DNA of 64,000 nt from an uncultured Deinococcaceae bacterium (GCA_964252075.1 CAXULY010000019.1:30221-94220); one strand, 5' to 3'; positions 9,470-22,131 are shown, numbered from the stretch's first letter. The notes: generated from the sequence alone by a model not told the origin. A program made the numbers and translations.

Positions 9470-10475
9470 ACCCACCCACGTGCTGGAGGTGCGCGACCTG
9501 AAAACGCACTTCAAGCTCGACGAGGGCATCCTCAAGGCCGTGGATGGCGTGAGCCTCAGCGTGGCGCCCGGTGAGACCCTCGCGGTGATTGGCGAGAGCG
9601 GCTGCGGGAAGAGCGTCATGGCCCGCTCCATCCTGCGGCTCGTCAAAAAACCCGGGTACGTCGCCGGGGGCAGCATCACCGTCCGCGCGCACGGAGAGGC
9701 GGTGGAGGTCGCGCACGTGCCGGTCGGCAGCGCGGTCCTGCGGCGCGTGCGCGGCGGCCTCGCCGCGATGGTCTTCCAGGAACCCATGACGAGCCTCTCC
9801 CCGGTGCACACCATCGGCGATCAGATCGCGGAGGTGGTCCGCGTGCACGGGCACGCGCGGCCAGAGGCAGCGGCGCGCGTGGCGCGCGACATGCTCAGTC
9901 GGGTCGGCATGCCCGACCCGGAGCGCCTGCTGCGCCTGTACCCGCACGAACTCTCCGGTGGGCTGAGGCAACGCGCCATGATCGCCTTGGCCCTCGCGGG
10001 GCGTCCCGCGCTGCTCATCGCCGATGAACCCACCACCGCCCTCGACGTCACCGTACAATGGCAGATCCTGCGCCTCCTGAAGTCCCTCCAGGCGGAACTC
10101 GGCATGGCGATGCTGTACATCACGCACGACCTCGGCGTTGTCGCGCAGATCGCCGACCGCGTCGCCGTGATGTACCTCGGCCGCATCGTCGAGACCGGCA
10201 GCGTCCAAGATGTGTTCGAACGCCCCCTGCATCCCTACACGCGCGCCCTCATGGGCGCCATGCCCGGCCTGGGACGACGGGGCGAACGCCTGACCGCCAT
10301 CCGCGGGCACGTGCCCGTTCCCATCGACCTGCCGCGCGAATGCCCGTTTCGCTCGCGCTGCGACCACGCCTTCGACGCGTGCGCCGCCTTGCCCGCCCTG
10401 CGCCACGTGCATGCCGAACACGCCGTCCGCTGCTTCCTGCACCACCGTCACACGGAAGGAGCGTCCCATGTTTGA
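9432..10475 (+). CDS. ABC ATP-binding protein (DppD/OppD type)
   Basis: Walker A GESGCGKS, LSGGLRQR, IADEPTTALD, C-terminal Cys cluster. Confidence 0.95.
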   Translation: MDFVTQQTLTSSEPTHVLEVRDLKTHFKLDEGILKAVDGVSLSVAPGETLAVIGESGCGKSVMARSILRLVKKPGYVAGGSITVRAHGEAVEVAHVPVGSAVLRRVRGGLAAMVFQEPMTSLSPVHTIGDQIAEVVRVHGHARPEAAARVARDMLSRVGMPDPERLLRLYPHELSGGLRQRAMIALALAGRPALLIADEPTTALDVTVQWQILRLLKSLQAELGMAMLYITHDLGVVAQIADRVAVMYLGRIVETGSVQDVFERPLHPYTRALMGAMPGLGRRGERLTAIRGHVPVPIDLPRECPFRSRCDHAFDACAALPALRHVHAEHAVRCFLHHRHTEGASHV

Positions 10476-11520
10476 AGCGTCTCCGGAGCGGTCCGACGCC
10501 GGCGCATTCGACGGCTCGGCCCTGCTCACCGTGCGGCACCTCAAAAAGCACTACCCCGTCCAAGCAGGCGCGCTGCGCAGAACCGTGGGCGCCGTGAAAG
10601 CCGTCGACGACGTGAGTTTCACGCTGCGCACTGGAGAAACGCTGGGCCTGGTGGGCGAGTCCGGGTGCGGCAAAACCACCCTCGGCCGCACCATCTTGCG
10701 CGCGCTCGAACCCACCGGCGGGTCGATCGAACTGCGCCTTCCCACCGGGGAGGTCGTGGACCTCGCCCGGCTCGACGCGCGCGCCCTTCGCGCGGTGCGC
10801 CGTCACGCCCAAATGGTCTTCCAGGACCCGTACTCGTCGCTCAACCCACGCATGACCGTCCTCGACATTATCGCCGAGCCGCTCTTGTTGAGCGGCATGC
10901 GCCGCGGGCCCGCCCTGACGGGGCGCGTCAAAGACCTCATGCACCTCGTCGGTCTGGAACTCCGCCACCTGCATCGCTACCCGCACGCCTTTTCCGGCGG
11001 GCAGCGTCAACGCATCGGCATCGCGCGGGCGCTCGCCACACGCCCGTCCCTCGTCGTCGCGGACGAGGCGGTGTCGGCCCTGGACATGAGCATCCAGGCG
11101 CAAATCCTGAACCTGCTGCAAGACCTCCAACGGGAATTCAACCTCGCGTACCTGTTCATCTCCCACGATCTGGGCGTCATCGAGCACCTCGCCGACCACG
11201 TCGCGGTCATGTACGTCGGACAACTCGTCGAGCAGGCATCCACGGCGTCCCTCTTCGTCCGCCCGTTGCACCCGTACACCGCCGCCCTCCTCCAGTCCCG
11301 CCCCGTTCCGGACCCACGTCACCGCCTCGACACTCCACCCCTCCCGGGTGAAATCCCTGACCTCGCCCGGCTGCCGTCGGGCTGCCCCTTCCACCCGCGC
11401 TGCGCCTTCGCACAGGACCGCTGCCGCACCAGTAAGCCCCTGCTGCGCGAGGTGAAGCCGGGACACTTGGCGGCGTGCCACTTCGCCGGAACCCTCCCGC
11501 TCGCCGCAGCCAGCGGCTGA
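10468..11520 (+). CDS. ABC ATP-binding protein (DppF/OppF type)
   Basis: [20 protein letters not shown] and GCPFHPRC. Start at ATG 10468 after GAAGGAG. Confidence 0.95.
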   Translation: MFEASPERSDAGAFDGSALLTVRHLKKHYPVQAGALRRTVGAVKAVDDVSFTLRTGETLGLVGESGCGKTTLGRTILRALEPTGGSIELRLPTGEVVDLARLDARALRAVRRHAQMVFQDPYSSLNPRMTVLDIIAEPLLLSGMRRGPALTGRVKDLMHLVGLELRHLHRYPHAFSGGQRQRIGIARALATRPSLVVADEAVSALDMSIQAQILNLLQDLQREFNLAYLFISHDLGVIEHLADHVAVMYVGQLVEQASTASLFVRPLHPYTAALLQSRPVPDPRHRLDTPPLPGEIPDLARLPSGCPFHPRCAFAQDRCRTSKPLLREVKPGHLAACHFAGTLPLAAASG

Positions 11521-11744
11521 ATGCTCACCGTCCCGTGCATCGCGAGTCGCGCGAGCATCAGGCGCACCATCCCCGTAGACCTGAGCGCCTCCCCGGTCTC
11601 GGGGAGGCGCTTGTCGTCTTTGGCTCGCCGCGATTTCTACTCGTCCAGGCGAACGTGCGTTCGGTGTCTCGTGCGTGATCGCGGCACGGTGCCCGGCGTC
11701 CCCATCACCACCGGCGTCCTGACGCCCACCGTGGGCGTGGGCGG

Positions 11745-12928
11745 TCAGTGAAACTCGTGGTTTGAGCGGCTGATGGGGTGGCGGTACCACGCGCGCAGTC
11801 CGTACGCCATGTTCACCAGGTGCAGCGCCACCAGGGACACCAGCACCGCCCACTCGCCCCGAGGAGGGGCGTGAGGAGCGCGAGCGCCGCCGTCACCAGC
11901 TTGAGCCCCGTGGACACGGCCGGCCGCACGAGCGGTGGGCGTTCCGGCTCCAGGGTGAGCTCAATCACCCCCATAAAGGCGTAACCCGCCGCGAAGCCCA
12001 CCGCCAGCACCCACCCCAGGCCGCCGTGCAAGGTGCCGTCCCCCACGACGCCCGCGAGGGCGCCGCCAACCGCCGCGATGCCCATGACGAGCGGCAGGTG
12101 CAGGTACGACCAGGTGTACAGGGTCCAGGCGTTGCCGGGGCGCGGCCTGCGGCGCCCCACGAAATCGAAGTACACCCACCACAGCCCGAAGCCCACCGCG
12201 AACCCCAGCACGAACCGCCACACGTTCACGGCGTTGAAGGTGTCCGCCCCCGCGAGGCCGTTCGCGACGCCCACCAGGCTCTCGCCCAGCACGATGATCA
12301 CGAACAGGCCGTACCGCTCCGGCACCTTGCTGGCGGTGCCGCGAAAGAGCCGCGTCTGGGCGTCCAGCGTGAAGACCGGGGTGGTGAGGTCAATCAGGAG
12401 GCCCGCCGCGCGCATCACCACCGCCCAAGGCTCTGGCGCCCACACACTCAGCACCCACAGCAGCACGCTGACGCTGAAACCGACCGTGTAGGGCGTGGTG
12501 ACGGGCCGCACCTGCGGGATGTGCCGCCCCGCGCGCCACCACATGACGGTGATCAGCCCGCGCGCGCCCGCGTACCCGAGGGCGTACACATCCGCGCGGG
12601 CGTCGCCACTGCCGCCCACGCTGGCCGCCATGACGCCCACCGCCAGCATCTGCAGAAAGGTGAACGCGCGGTAACTCATGTCGTAGGTCTCAAAGCGCTC
12701 GCTGTACACCGTGCCGCCCACCCACACCCACCACGCGGGCACGAAGAACAGCACGAAATGCAAGGCGCTCTGGGGCGTCGGGTGCGCGCCGATCTCATGC
12801 GCGAGCTGCGACACCACCACCACGAACACCAGGTCGTAGAACAGCTCCAGCCAGCTGACGCGCCGCTCGCCCTCGCCGGGCGGGTGCAGGACAGGCACCT
12901 GCCACCACGCGCGGAACCTGGGCTGCAT
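11745..12928 (-). CDS. ltrA: Low temperature requirement protein A family membrane protein; frameshifted near the 3' end (as-read stop at 11813)
   Basis: VSWLELFYDLVFV and ERYGLFVIIVLGES. One more G in the run at 11857-11860 restores a final TM helix (EWAVLVSLVALHLVNMAYG) ending at 11745. Confidence 0.85.
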
Positions 12929-14196
12929 GCGTCCACACTACACCGCCTCCACGTGCGGCCACACCGCCCGAATGGGGAGTGCGGAGGGTGCGCGCTCAGC
13001 CGCGCCGGGACCCACCCAGCCCGCGCACCTGCGCCCATCCGCTCCTCACGTGTCGCCGATCGAGACCGCTCCCGCCGTGATCGCGGCGCGCGCCGTTGCC
13101 TGTGCGGCCCATGCGCCCAGGGTCCCGGCGCCAAGGCACCTCAGGTGTCACCTCACCCCTCACGTGGGCGCGCCCGTGTTCCTCACCGGGTCACGCGCGA
13201 GGTGTGCACCACATGCAGGTGAAGCGCAGCGGTGATCCAGCAGGCAATGGAGCGTCAGCTGCGGTCGGTTCCGACTGAAGTCAGGATTCAGACCACGCAA
13301 GTTGGCGGTGGGTGCCACCCCAGTGCTGAACGGTGACCTGAAGCGGGAGGTGACCGCAGGGAACCACCCCACCCATCGTCCAGAGTGGCCGTGCAGGCGG
13401 TTCAGATGTCTGCCGTTCCCAGCGGCGGCGCTGGACCATCGATCGCCCCCACGGAGCACCGCCCCGCGGTTCGGCGCCACCGCTGGGGCGAACCGCACGA
13501 GCACGCCATTCACCGCATCCACGGTCTGAATGAACGGCTTGAGCGGATCCACCCGTCGGGTGCCGCCCGGGCCCGCCGAGCGAGGCCCTGAACGCCTGGT
13601 GGCGGCCTGGTCAAACGCAGGGTGAAGCAGCGCCAGCTCGCGCGCCGCGATCAAGGCCGCCGCGCCGGGAACCGTCACAGGGCGCCCATCTGGACAGGCC
13701 GCGATGCGTACCACGTCCGGCGCGGGCGCGCTGAGGGATGCCGTTCGGACCAGCGGCACGCCCGATGACGCCCACCACCTGTCCTTTGCGGGAGCGAAGC
13801 GGGGGCTGATCGGGTCCCGCAGTTGGAGAGCGGAGCTGGACGCGACGGTCGGGTCGAGCGTGCCGAACCCAGACGGCGCCACACTGATCGACGCACCACG
13901 GGGCGGGGTTGACCCCAATGGCTGTCGATGGCCGTGGGGCCGTGCGGTCGAAGCGGCTGTGAACGCGGTCAAAGGGCGCGCCGCACGAGGGACGGGCCCG
14001 GTGCTGATCATCAGTGGGCCGGGAATTTGGGCGGGTTGCCGTGGAGGTCCGGAAACCCAACGGCGCGCGCGAGGGGTCGCTGGGGTGCCGGCGCAAGGGC
14101 CGGTGTGGTCCTGCCCCGAGGCGAGGCGGCGCCGCCTCGGGGCAGGACCAGGCGGTCGTCGCCGGTCCATCGCTGGATGAGCCGTACGCTGAGGGC

Positions 14197-14826
14197 ATGG
14201 GTGTGCTGCGCATTCAACAGACAGACCGCATGGACGTGCCGGCGATCCGCGCGAAGCTGCATCTGGACATTGCAGGAAGCGCGCTGGTCATGGGCAACGC
14301 GGCGACCGAGCGGGTCAGGGAAGTCCGAGAGGTTGCCCTGGGCCTTCAGGCCGCCGGGGTGCCTGCCGCGCAGATTGAAGTGCGCGGGGTGGAGATCAGC
14401 AACCGGGCGGGCCTGCTGGCCAAACAGCAGAAGGCGCGGTTTCTCGTGGTGGTGGAGGCGGAGCCTGCGCTCCTCCCGCAGGTCCTTGGGCTGCTGGCGG
14501 ATCAGAAGCAGGTGAACCTGCAGCGCGTGGAGTGGGTCTTCGACGACTTCGAGGCGGGCCTGCGGCTGGCTCCACGGGCGATGCTCAAGGCCCGGCAGCG
14601 GGCAGACGCCATCGCCGAGGCCGCAGGGCACCGGGTGGTGGGGGTGTTGAGCGCGTCCGACAGCTGGGACATGCCGGTGGGCGCGGTGCGTGTGCACGCG
14701 GACTGGATGGGGCAGGAGGTGCCGCGGGCGGAACGGAGTCGGTTGGCACCGTTGGACGCTGGTGTGGACTACAGCTCCACGCGCGTCCTGACGGTTCAGC
14801 TCACCGTGGACTTTCAACTGGATTGA
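14197..14826 (+). CDS. SIMPL / DUF541 domain protein
   Basis: AMLKARQRADAIAEAAG helix and terminal strand LTVQLTVDFQL; leaderless-type start TACGCT-N6-ATG. Confidence 0.75.
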   Translation: MGVLRIQQTDRMDVPAIRAKLHLDIAGSALVMGNAATERVREVREVALGLQAAGVPAAQIEVRGVEISNRAGLLAKQQKARFLVVVEAEPALLPQVLGLLADQKQVNLQRVEWVFDDFEAGLRLAPRAMLKARQRADAIAEAAGHRVVGVLSASDSWDMPVGAVRVHADWMGQEVPRAERSRLAPLDAGVDYSSTRVLTVQLTVDFQLD

Positions 14827-15083
14827 CGTCCCCGACCCAAGAGTGCCTGATGGCAGGCGACCGCGCATGTGATCCAGTGCTGCTGGGCAGCATCGGGGCT
14901 GGGGCCGCGGGTGAGGGGCTGTGGTCTGGACTCGGCAGAGGTCCCGATCTGGTGGCGGTGCACGGCGATGATCCGCCACGACTTCTTCGTCTTCTCACAC
15001 AGCGTGCGCCTGGCACGCACCGTTCCCGCCGAGCGCCCAGAAGGGACGGCTTCACCCTGCCCCCGCAGGGTGTCAGGGGCGGC

Positions 15084-15731
15084 ATGACCTCGTCTCACCG
15101 CTCGATCAGACGCGGCCCGGGCCCGCTGGGGTCGTCCGTCGGGGGCCGCCTGCCGAGCGCAACGACCTTCCTGGCCCGGCCACCCACGCCCCAGCGCTCA
15201 CCGACCACCGCCCTGGGGCGCGCGCCGCAATCCGCACCCCACCAGCCGGGACCTCCGCAGGACGAGATGCGGGCGGTGCTCCAGTTGTTGGCGCCCCTCC
15301 CTGTGTGGGCCGCCGCCAGTGCCCTGCCCCCGCACCAGTACCGGGTGTGCGGGCGATCGGGCATGCCGGCGCAGCGCGTGCACGTCACTCTGCCGGACCT
15401 GACGGCCGCCCGGACCTTCGTGCGGGAACTCCCTGGTCACCTCGCGGCGCCGCCTGTGTACCGACTCGCGCTGCCCGAGCGGTGCAGCATCGAGTTCGTG
15501 TGCGGCTATCAGGACGCCCGCCGCGCCTGCCTGCCGCACGAAAGACGCTTCCAGGCGGCCTGCGACCTGGGCGCCGCGTCCTCGCCGTGCCCGTACCCGT
15601 CTGGAAGTGATGCCGCGAGGGCTTACCGGGACGGCGCGCGCGCCTACCTGGGCTTCGTCCTGACCTTCGCGGGGAACCTCACCCCGCCGGAGGCCGCGCG
15701 GGGTGCGAGGAGCGGCAAGGAGCAGCCATGA
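15084..15731 (+). CDS. Hypothetical protein, first gene of the ParB-like operon (alternative start 15267)
   Basis: Stop overlaps the next ATG (ATGA 15728-15731); contains PCPYPSGSDAARAYRDG. Confidence 0.55.
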   Translation: MTSSHRSIRRGPGPLGSSVGGRLPSATTFLARPPTPQRSPTTALGRAPQSAPHQPGPPQDEMRAVLQLLAPLPVWAAASALPPHQYRVCGRSGMPAQRVHVTLPDLTAARTFVRELPGHLAAPPVYRLALPERCSIEFVCGYQDARRACLPHERRFQAACDLGAASSPCPYPSGSDAARAYRDGARAYLGFVLTFAGNLTPPEAARGARSGKEQP

Positions 15732-16612
15732 CCCAGCCCAAGACCGACGTGCAGCCGACCCTGTTCAGCACCCCGCTGGACACCGAAGTGCAGGTGGTGG
15801 ACCTGCAGCGCATCCAGCCCGGCGTGGCGCGCACCGTCATCCCGAACATCCGCCTCATGGGCGTCCTGCAGCCGCTGCTGCTGCGCCGCACGCCGCACGG
15901 CCCGTACGAGTTTGAGGTGGTGGACGGCAACCGCCGCGACCACAGCGCCCGCACCTTCGGCCTCACCGAGGTGCCCGCCCTCATCACGGACGGTAGCGCC
16001 GCGCAGCTCGCCGCCGCCCGCGCGGTGCTGAACACCAGCCGCAGCCCGAACCCCGTGCAGGAGGCGCGCGCCTGGCACGCCGCCCTGCAGAGCGGCGTGT
16101 ACCCTACGGTGGAGGCGATGGCGCGCGACCTGAGCGTGAAGGTGCAGACCGTCAAGCAGCGCCTGCGCCTGATGGCCCTCCCCGACGCGCTGCTGGACGG
16201 CATTCAGGAAGGGCACATCAGCGAGGGCGTCGCGGAAAAGATCGCGAACCTCGACCCCGCCTACCGCGACCGCGCCCTCAAACGCTACGCACAGCTGCGC
16301 GACGAGGACGAGCGCTTCACCGCAAACCACCTGAAGGAGGTGCGGGCGCGGCGGGAAGGCGACCTGACCCGTACCGTGCTGGGCAGCCTCACCAGCCTCC
16401 CCAGGCCCGTGCAGGCCACGCCGCTCTTGAGCATGGACCCGGTGGCGCGTCTTGCGCAGGACGTGCGGCGCCTCGCGCAGGAACGTGGCGTAGACCTTGA
16501 GGACCTCGCGCGCGCCCTGGGCCTCACCACCCACGGCCTGGCCCCGGACCCCGCCCCGGTGCCCATCACGGCTGCTCGTCCCAGCCTCAGCGCCCGGAGG
16601 AACCCTGCATGA
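15728..16612 (+). CDS. ParB/RepB/Spo0J-family protein (orphan, no parA in window)
   Basis: Box I GVLQPLLLR, Box II VVDGNRR, HTH TVEAMARDLSVKVQTVKQRLRLMALP, GHISEGVA. Confidence 0.85.
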   Translation: MTQPKTDVQPTLFSTPLDTEVQVVDLQRIQPGVARTVIPNIRLMGVLQPLLLRRTPHGPYEFEVVDGNRRDHSARTFGLTEVPALITDGSAAQLAAARAVLNTSRSPNPVQEARAWHAALQSGVYPTVEAMARDLSVKVQTVKQRLRLMALPDALLDGIQEGHISEGVAEKIANLDPAYRDRALKRYAQLRDEDERFTANHLKEVRARREGDLTRTVLGSLTSLPRPVQATPLLSMDPVARLAQDVRRLAQERGVDLEDLARALGLTTHGLAPDPAPVPITAARPSLSARRNPA

Positions 16613-17331
16613 TCACCATCCTGAACCCTGGCCATCCTTTCGGTCATCTCGGCTTGCCTGCCCTGGGTGGGCGGCGCCTGTGGGGGCCCGGTCGCACCGC
16701 GGGCAGCCTCTATGTGGAGTGCGGCCTGAGCCTGGCCGGAGAGCCGATCGAGCAGTCCCTGCTGGATCCGCCCATACGGATCGAACCGGACCAGCTGGGT
16801 CTCACCGCGCAGGGTGTGACAGTAATCACCGACGAGCATGGCGTCAAGCACATCGTCGATGTGGTGGGCGCCTCGATGTATTCCTACCCGGGTGATTTTA
16901 TCGAGGAGGCGCGCGTCATGGGCGTCTCCCGCAAAGTCCCCGTCACCACCCAACTCGACGGCCTCACCACCAACAGCAAACTCTTCCTCGTGCACGCCCG
17001 AGCCTGTCTCGAGAACGTCCAGGACCTCGGCCCCACCTCCGCCGCGCGCTGCCCGAACGGCCAGCACCAGCCCAGCGAGGCCTGCTGCGCGCAGCACTGG
17101 ATCACCCCCACCGTCACGCTCGCGCCGAACCAGCGCGTGACCGACACCGCCACCTACACGGTGTTCCCGCCCGACCCCACGGCGCCCGCGCCGCACTTCT
17201 CGTACGCGCTGTTCGCGGCCTTCCCGATCACCGCGCTCACCATCATCCGAAATCACGACGGCCGCATGAACACCCGCGCCGAGGCGGCCGCCCGCAAGGC
17301 CAGCATTCCCGTCCACGTCGCGAACAGCTGA
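16609..17331 (+). CDS. Hypothetical protein with Cys/His cluster
   Basis: Coupled to the ParB-like gene (ATGA); GSLYVECG, DFIEEARVMGVSRK, RCPNGQH...CCAQHW. Confidence 0.75.
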   Translation: MITILNPGHPFGHLGLPALGGRRLWGPGRTAGSLYVECGLSLAGEPIEQSLLDPPIRIEPDQLGLTAQGVTVITDEHGVKHIVDVVGASMYSYPGDFIEEARVMGVSRKVPVTTQLDGLTTNSKLFLVHARACLENVQDLGPTSAARCPNGQHQPSEACCAQHWITPTVTLAPNQRVTDTATYTVFPPDPTAPAPHFSYALFAAFPITALTIIRNHDGRMNTRAEAAARKASIPVHVANS

Positions 17332-17340
17332 GGAACCGCG

Positions 17341-17490
17341 ATGAACCGCATCCAGATCACCCTCGACCTGCGCCGCGCCCGCATCACCCTCCCCGCCCGG
17401 GACGCCAGCGTGCCCGGCCTCGCCCTTCACGGGGAACGCGACGGTTCGACCGAGGGTCACGGTCATCGGACGCTGGACGGTCGAACCTGA
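17341..17490 (+). CDS. Small hypothetical ORF (49 aa; possibly frameshifted, alternative end about 17539)
   Basis: RBS GAGGA then MNRIQITLDLRRARITLP; lies inside the operon. Confidence 0.4.
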   Translation: MNRIQITLDLRRARITLPARDASVPGLALHGERDGSTEGHGHRTLDGRT

Positions 17491-17554
17491 GCTTTCCCCG
17501 TTCGGTATTCGGCTTCACCTCACCCCGCGCGCGGGGTGAGGTGCGCGTCTGCAC

Positions 17555-19135
<1,581 letters not shown>

Positions 19136-19367
19136 GCATGAAGCTGAGGAAGGCGTGCAGCTGATCGGCGGCGTGGCGACGGATGTCACGAGCAGAGCGC
19201 CGCGCAGCACGCTGTTGAAGTTGAAGGTCATGCCAAACTCCTGATTGCCACGTGGTGGTATCCCCGCTGGTGCTGTTCCAAGACGCGGACGGGGCGGGGG
19301 TGCTGCCGCTGCGGGCGGCGAGCAGGGCGGCCAGGCACAGCGCGGGCAGCAACACGGGCTTCTTCAT
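19136..19367 (-). pseudogene. Decayed lipoprotein gene remnant
   Basis: MKKPVLLPALCLAALLAAR looks like a lipobox LLAAC with Cys changed to Arg; plausible protein then continues in another frame (MTFNFNSV). Confidence 0.35.
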
Positions 19368-19959
19368 GGGGTTCCTTTGCTTCGGGGGTGGGTGTTTGTG
19401 GCGCTCCGGGGTGGACCGCGGCCAACGGCAGGCGGATGGGCGCAACTGGACATTCTGGGAGCAGTGGACGCGGACAGCTTTGGACACCGGTTCGTTCAGT
19501 TGGCGCTGGGCGGTCTCGGCTGAACGGGATCAGCGGAGGAGGAGAGCGTGAGCAGCTGATAGACGCCCCGCAGACCACGCCCTGACTGTGCCGGTCCGCC
19601 TCCAGCGAGCGGGTCAGGAACCGCCGTGTGGGCGGTCCGGAGAACGGGCGCCCCGACCGATCCACAGGGTGGTGGGGTGACGCCCCAGTGCGCCCTTTCA
19701 GGATTCGCCCAAGGGCGGCGCGTCCAGCAGCAGGAGGTGCTGACCACCGCTGGTTGTCATGGCGGTGAGTGTAGGGATCGAACCTGCGCACCGGGCAGTG
19801 TCAGCCCTGAATGCCTGCGCGTCGTGCTCTTCGCGCGCTCACCATGAAAAACCCGCGCCACACGCTGTGGCGCGGGGCACAGCGTCGGTATGGATGGACG
19901 AAGGTGAAGGGCGCCCTTGGGATCAGGCTCCGAGCGGTGCCGTGTGCCAAGCTGGGCGC

Positions 19960-20604
19960 ATGGCCTTGACGTTCCAGGTGTTTCCAGGACGGTCAAAAGC
20001 GCCGTCGTTTGCCAACGTGATGCGCCTCGGGTCCCACAAGTTCCATCACTATTTGCACTCCATCGGCGTCCGGACCCGCTATGACGTGGAGGTCCAGCTT
20101 CGCACGGTGGACTCACCGGACCCGTGTTCCCTCGACCTGTGCTCTCCGTTCGTGTGGACGCCCGACCAGTTCGTGTGGTTTGGCCTTGCGGGTGTGCCCG
20201 GTGGCACCGATGTCTGGTCCGGTCCACTCACCCGCCTGCCGATGGACCGAGGGGAACTCCCGGAGTGGTTGACGGATGCCATCACCGATCCTGATGTGCT
20301 CAGCACGGCCCGCCATTGGGATCGCGACTGGCTGTTTCGCCGTTCTGCCGGTCAACCCGCCCTGGTCGTCGTGCTGTACGGCTTTCTCGCATCGGCGCTC
20401 GCCCAGTTGACCAACGGCCTGATCTACTCCGATGACGGCGCCTGGGACTTCGAGCGGTTCCCGGCGCGCTCCGTGGCCTTCGATGGTTGGTATCTCCGAC
20501 CGGAACAGGCGTTGTCCGGCGACGCGTTTGGTTGGGGCTCTCAAATCCAGAGGGGTGTGTTGAGAGAAGATCGGGAGCACGTTGCACTTCGCCATCGTCC
20601 GTGA
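19960..20604 (+). CDS. Hypothetical protein (214 aa)
   Basis: Globular-looking sequence with FRRSAGQP and GLIYSDDGAWD; more A/T at codon third positions than its neighbours. Confidence 0.7.
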   Translation: MALTFQVFPGRSKAPSFANVMRLGSHKFHHYLHSIGVRTRYDVEVQLRTVDSPDPCSLDLCSPFVWTPDQFVWFGLAGVPGGTDVWSGPLTRLPMDRGELPEWLTDAITDPDVLSTARHWDRDWLFRRSAGQPALVVVLYGFLASALAQLTNGLIYSDDGAWDFERFPARSVAFDGWYLRPEQALSGDAFGWGSQIQRGVLREDREHVALRHRP

Positions 20605-21088
20605 TGGAAATGGGTGAACGTGCTCCCCGCTGCGCAAAGGTGTTGTATCGGCCACCGGCAGGCATCGAAGCCTACGCTCAATCAGACCCCTTGCTGTGGG
20701 CCACCGTGCGGTGACGTGCGCTGCTCGCCCTGGCCGTCACGAGGCGGGCCGCAGCGGGCCCGGTCGTCGAAGCCACGTTCAGTGGCCCGCTCCGGCGTCG
20801 GTCGGGCCGGAAGTGGCCCGCCTGCCCGCTGACCCGCTGGTGGGGGTGCCCGTCTCTTCGGGGCCTGTCACGCCTGCTGCGCGGCGTTCGCCTGGGTGCG
20901 CACCCCAGCCTGAGTGACCCGAGCGTCGTCGCGGGTCGACGTCCACCCGGTCACGCCGGGCGGTGAGGTGTGGTCGAGCGGGCGGGACCCGAAGAGGACC
21001 CGCCCGCTGACCTGGTATTCAGTTGTGGTGGTGCTGGCAGGGCGTCACATGCTTGGAGCCTCCAGCGGGGCGTACCGTCCAGCCACGC

Positions 21089-21111
21089 AAAAACGCGCCC
21101 CGGCGGGCGCG
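21089..21111 (-). terminator. Intrinsic terminator just downstream of a TTGACA promoter
   Basis: Minus strand CGCGCCC-GCCG-GGGCGCG-TTTTT; TTGACA at 21161-21166 (minus). Confidence 0.5.
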
Positions 21112-21545
21112 CGATACATTTCTGAATGGTAAATTGAAAATGCCGCTTTGTGCCCGGATTTGTCAAGCCCCTGTCCTGCTGTCAACTCGCGCAAGCTAAG
21201 ATCGCTTCGGTCTGTAGCCCCTTGAGTGCTCCGCTCAATACGTCAGGCGGCTTCTGGTTCCAACGTACCCACACGGTGATGGCTGAGGCGGCGATCCTCC
21301 CGGAACCGGCCGTACATCTACGGAGACCGAGCCGTAGGGACCGTTCGACCTCGCTGCGCTGATCCCCAAGCTGCAGGCCCTGGCCGCAAACGCCATTGAA
21401 GAGGACGCGCGCTGGATGCCAGACGGACGCCAGGTGGACCGGCCTGCGCCGCTGCCCCTGATGCTGGTGGCGGGGCGGATCGAGCAGGGTTGCCTGGCTT
21501 TGGTGCGCTTGATCCCCCTCGCTGATCCATGCGCTTCAATTGGAG

Positions 21546-22097
21546 CTAGTGCAGCTGGATCTGGCTGATGGCGTCCGTCCAGTTCTCGACGTGGTAGGCG
21601 CTTGACAGTTTGCCGTCCGTCACGGTGAACAGATCCAAAGACATCGTTCTGAACGCCTGGCCGGAGGGCGGCACGCCGAACAGCGGGGCTACTGGGGTGC
21701 CGGTCGCTTCCCCCCGCACGATGATGTGGTCACCGGACGTCAGGATGTCCTTGATCGTCCAGTGCAGATCCGGAATGATGGCGCCGAAGGCCGTGAACTG
21801 CTCCGCCAGTTGGTCGCGGTTCAGGCACACCTGGTTGTTCGCGCAGGACCGGTAGTTGGCTGTGGTCGCCTGCCGCAGCAGGGCCGCCACGTCCTTCGTC
21901 GACGGCTCGTTGAGGGCGTCGTACAGCGGGGCGACGATGGCGCGCGCCTGGTCTGGGGTGAGGGGTGCGCCGCCCGCATGGGCCGCGCCACCGGCGGTGA
22001 GCACAACCGCCGCGGCCCACTGGGCGATGGACGCAGGATGCGGCGCGTGTGGTCGAATGGAGTTCACCGCGGGTTGGACCGACTTGTGGTGCTTCAT
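21546..22097 (-). CDS. SnoaL-like ester cyclase (NTF2-like fold)
   Basis: IPDLHWTIKDILTSGDHIIVRGEATGTP, DGKLSSAYHVENW; RBS AAGGAG. Confidence 0.85.
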   Translation of the reverse strand: MKHHKSVQPAVNSIRPHAPHPASIAQWAAAVVLTAGGAAHAGGAPLTPDQARAIVAPLYDALNEPSTKDVAALLRQATTANYRSCANNQVCLNRDQLAEQFTAFGAIIPDLHWTIKDILTSGDHIIVRGEATGTPVAPLFGVPPSGQAFRTMSLDLFTVTDGKLSSAYHVENWTDAISQIQLH

Positions 22098-22131
22098 GTG
22101 CCACTCCTTCTGCGTGTTGAGGTCGTGTGGA

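Noticed and set aside
13160..14170. 336-aa minus-strand ORF in the ltrA-SIMPL gap
   Set aside because: Pro/Arg/Ala-rich with weak codon bias and no motif or good start; at most a decayed gene.
15728..16612. Canonical parABS partition locus or PRTRC cassette
   Set aside because: No ParA Walker-A gene, no GTTTCACGTGAAAC-type parS, and no ThiF/JAB/ubiquitin-like genes adjacent.
21162..21175. GTCAAGCCCC resembling an IS200/IS605 or omegaRNA end
   Set aside because: No subterminal hairpin and no tnpA/tnpB/iscB nearby; better explained as a minus-strand TTGACA -35 box.
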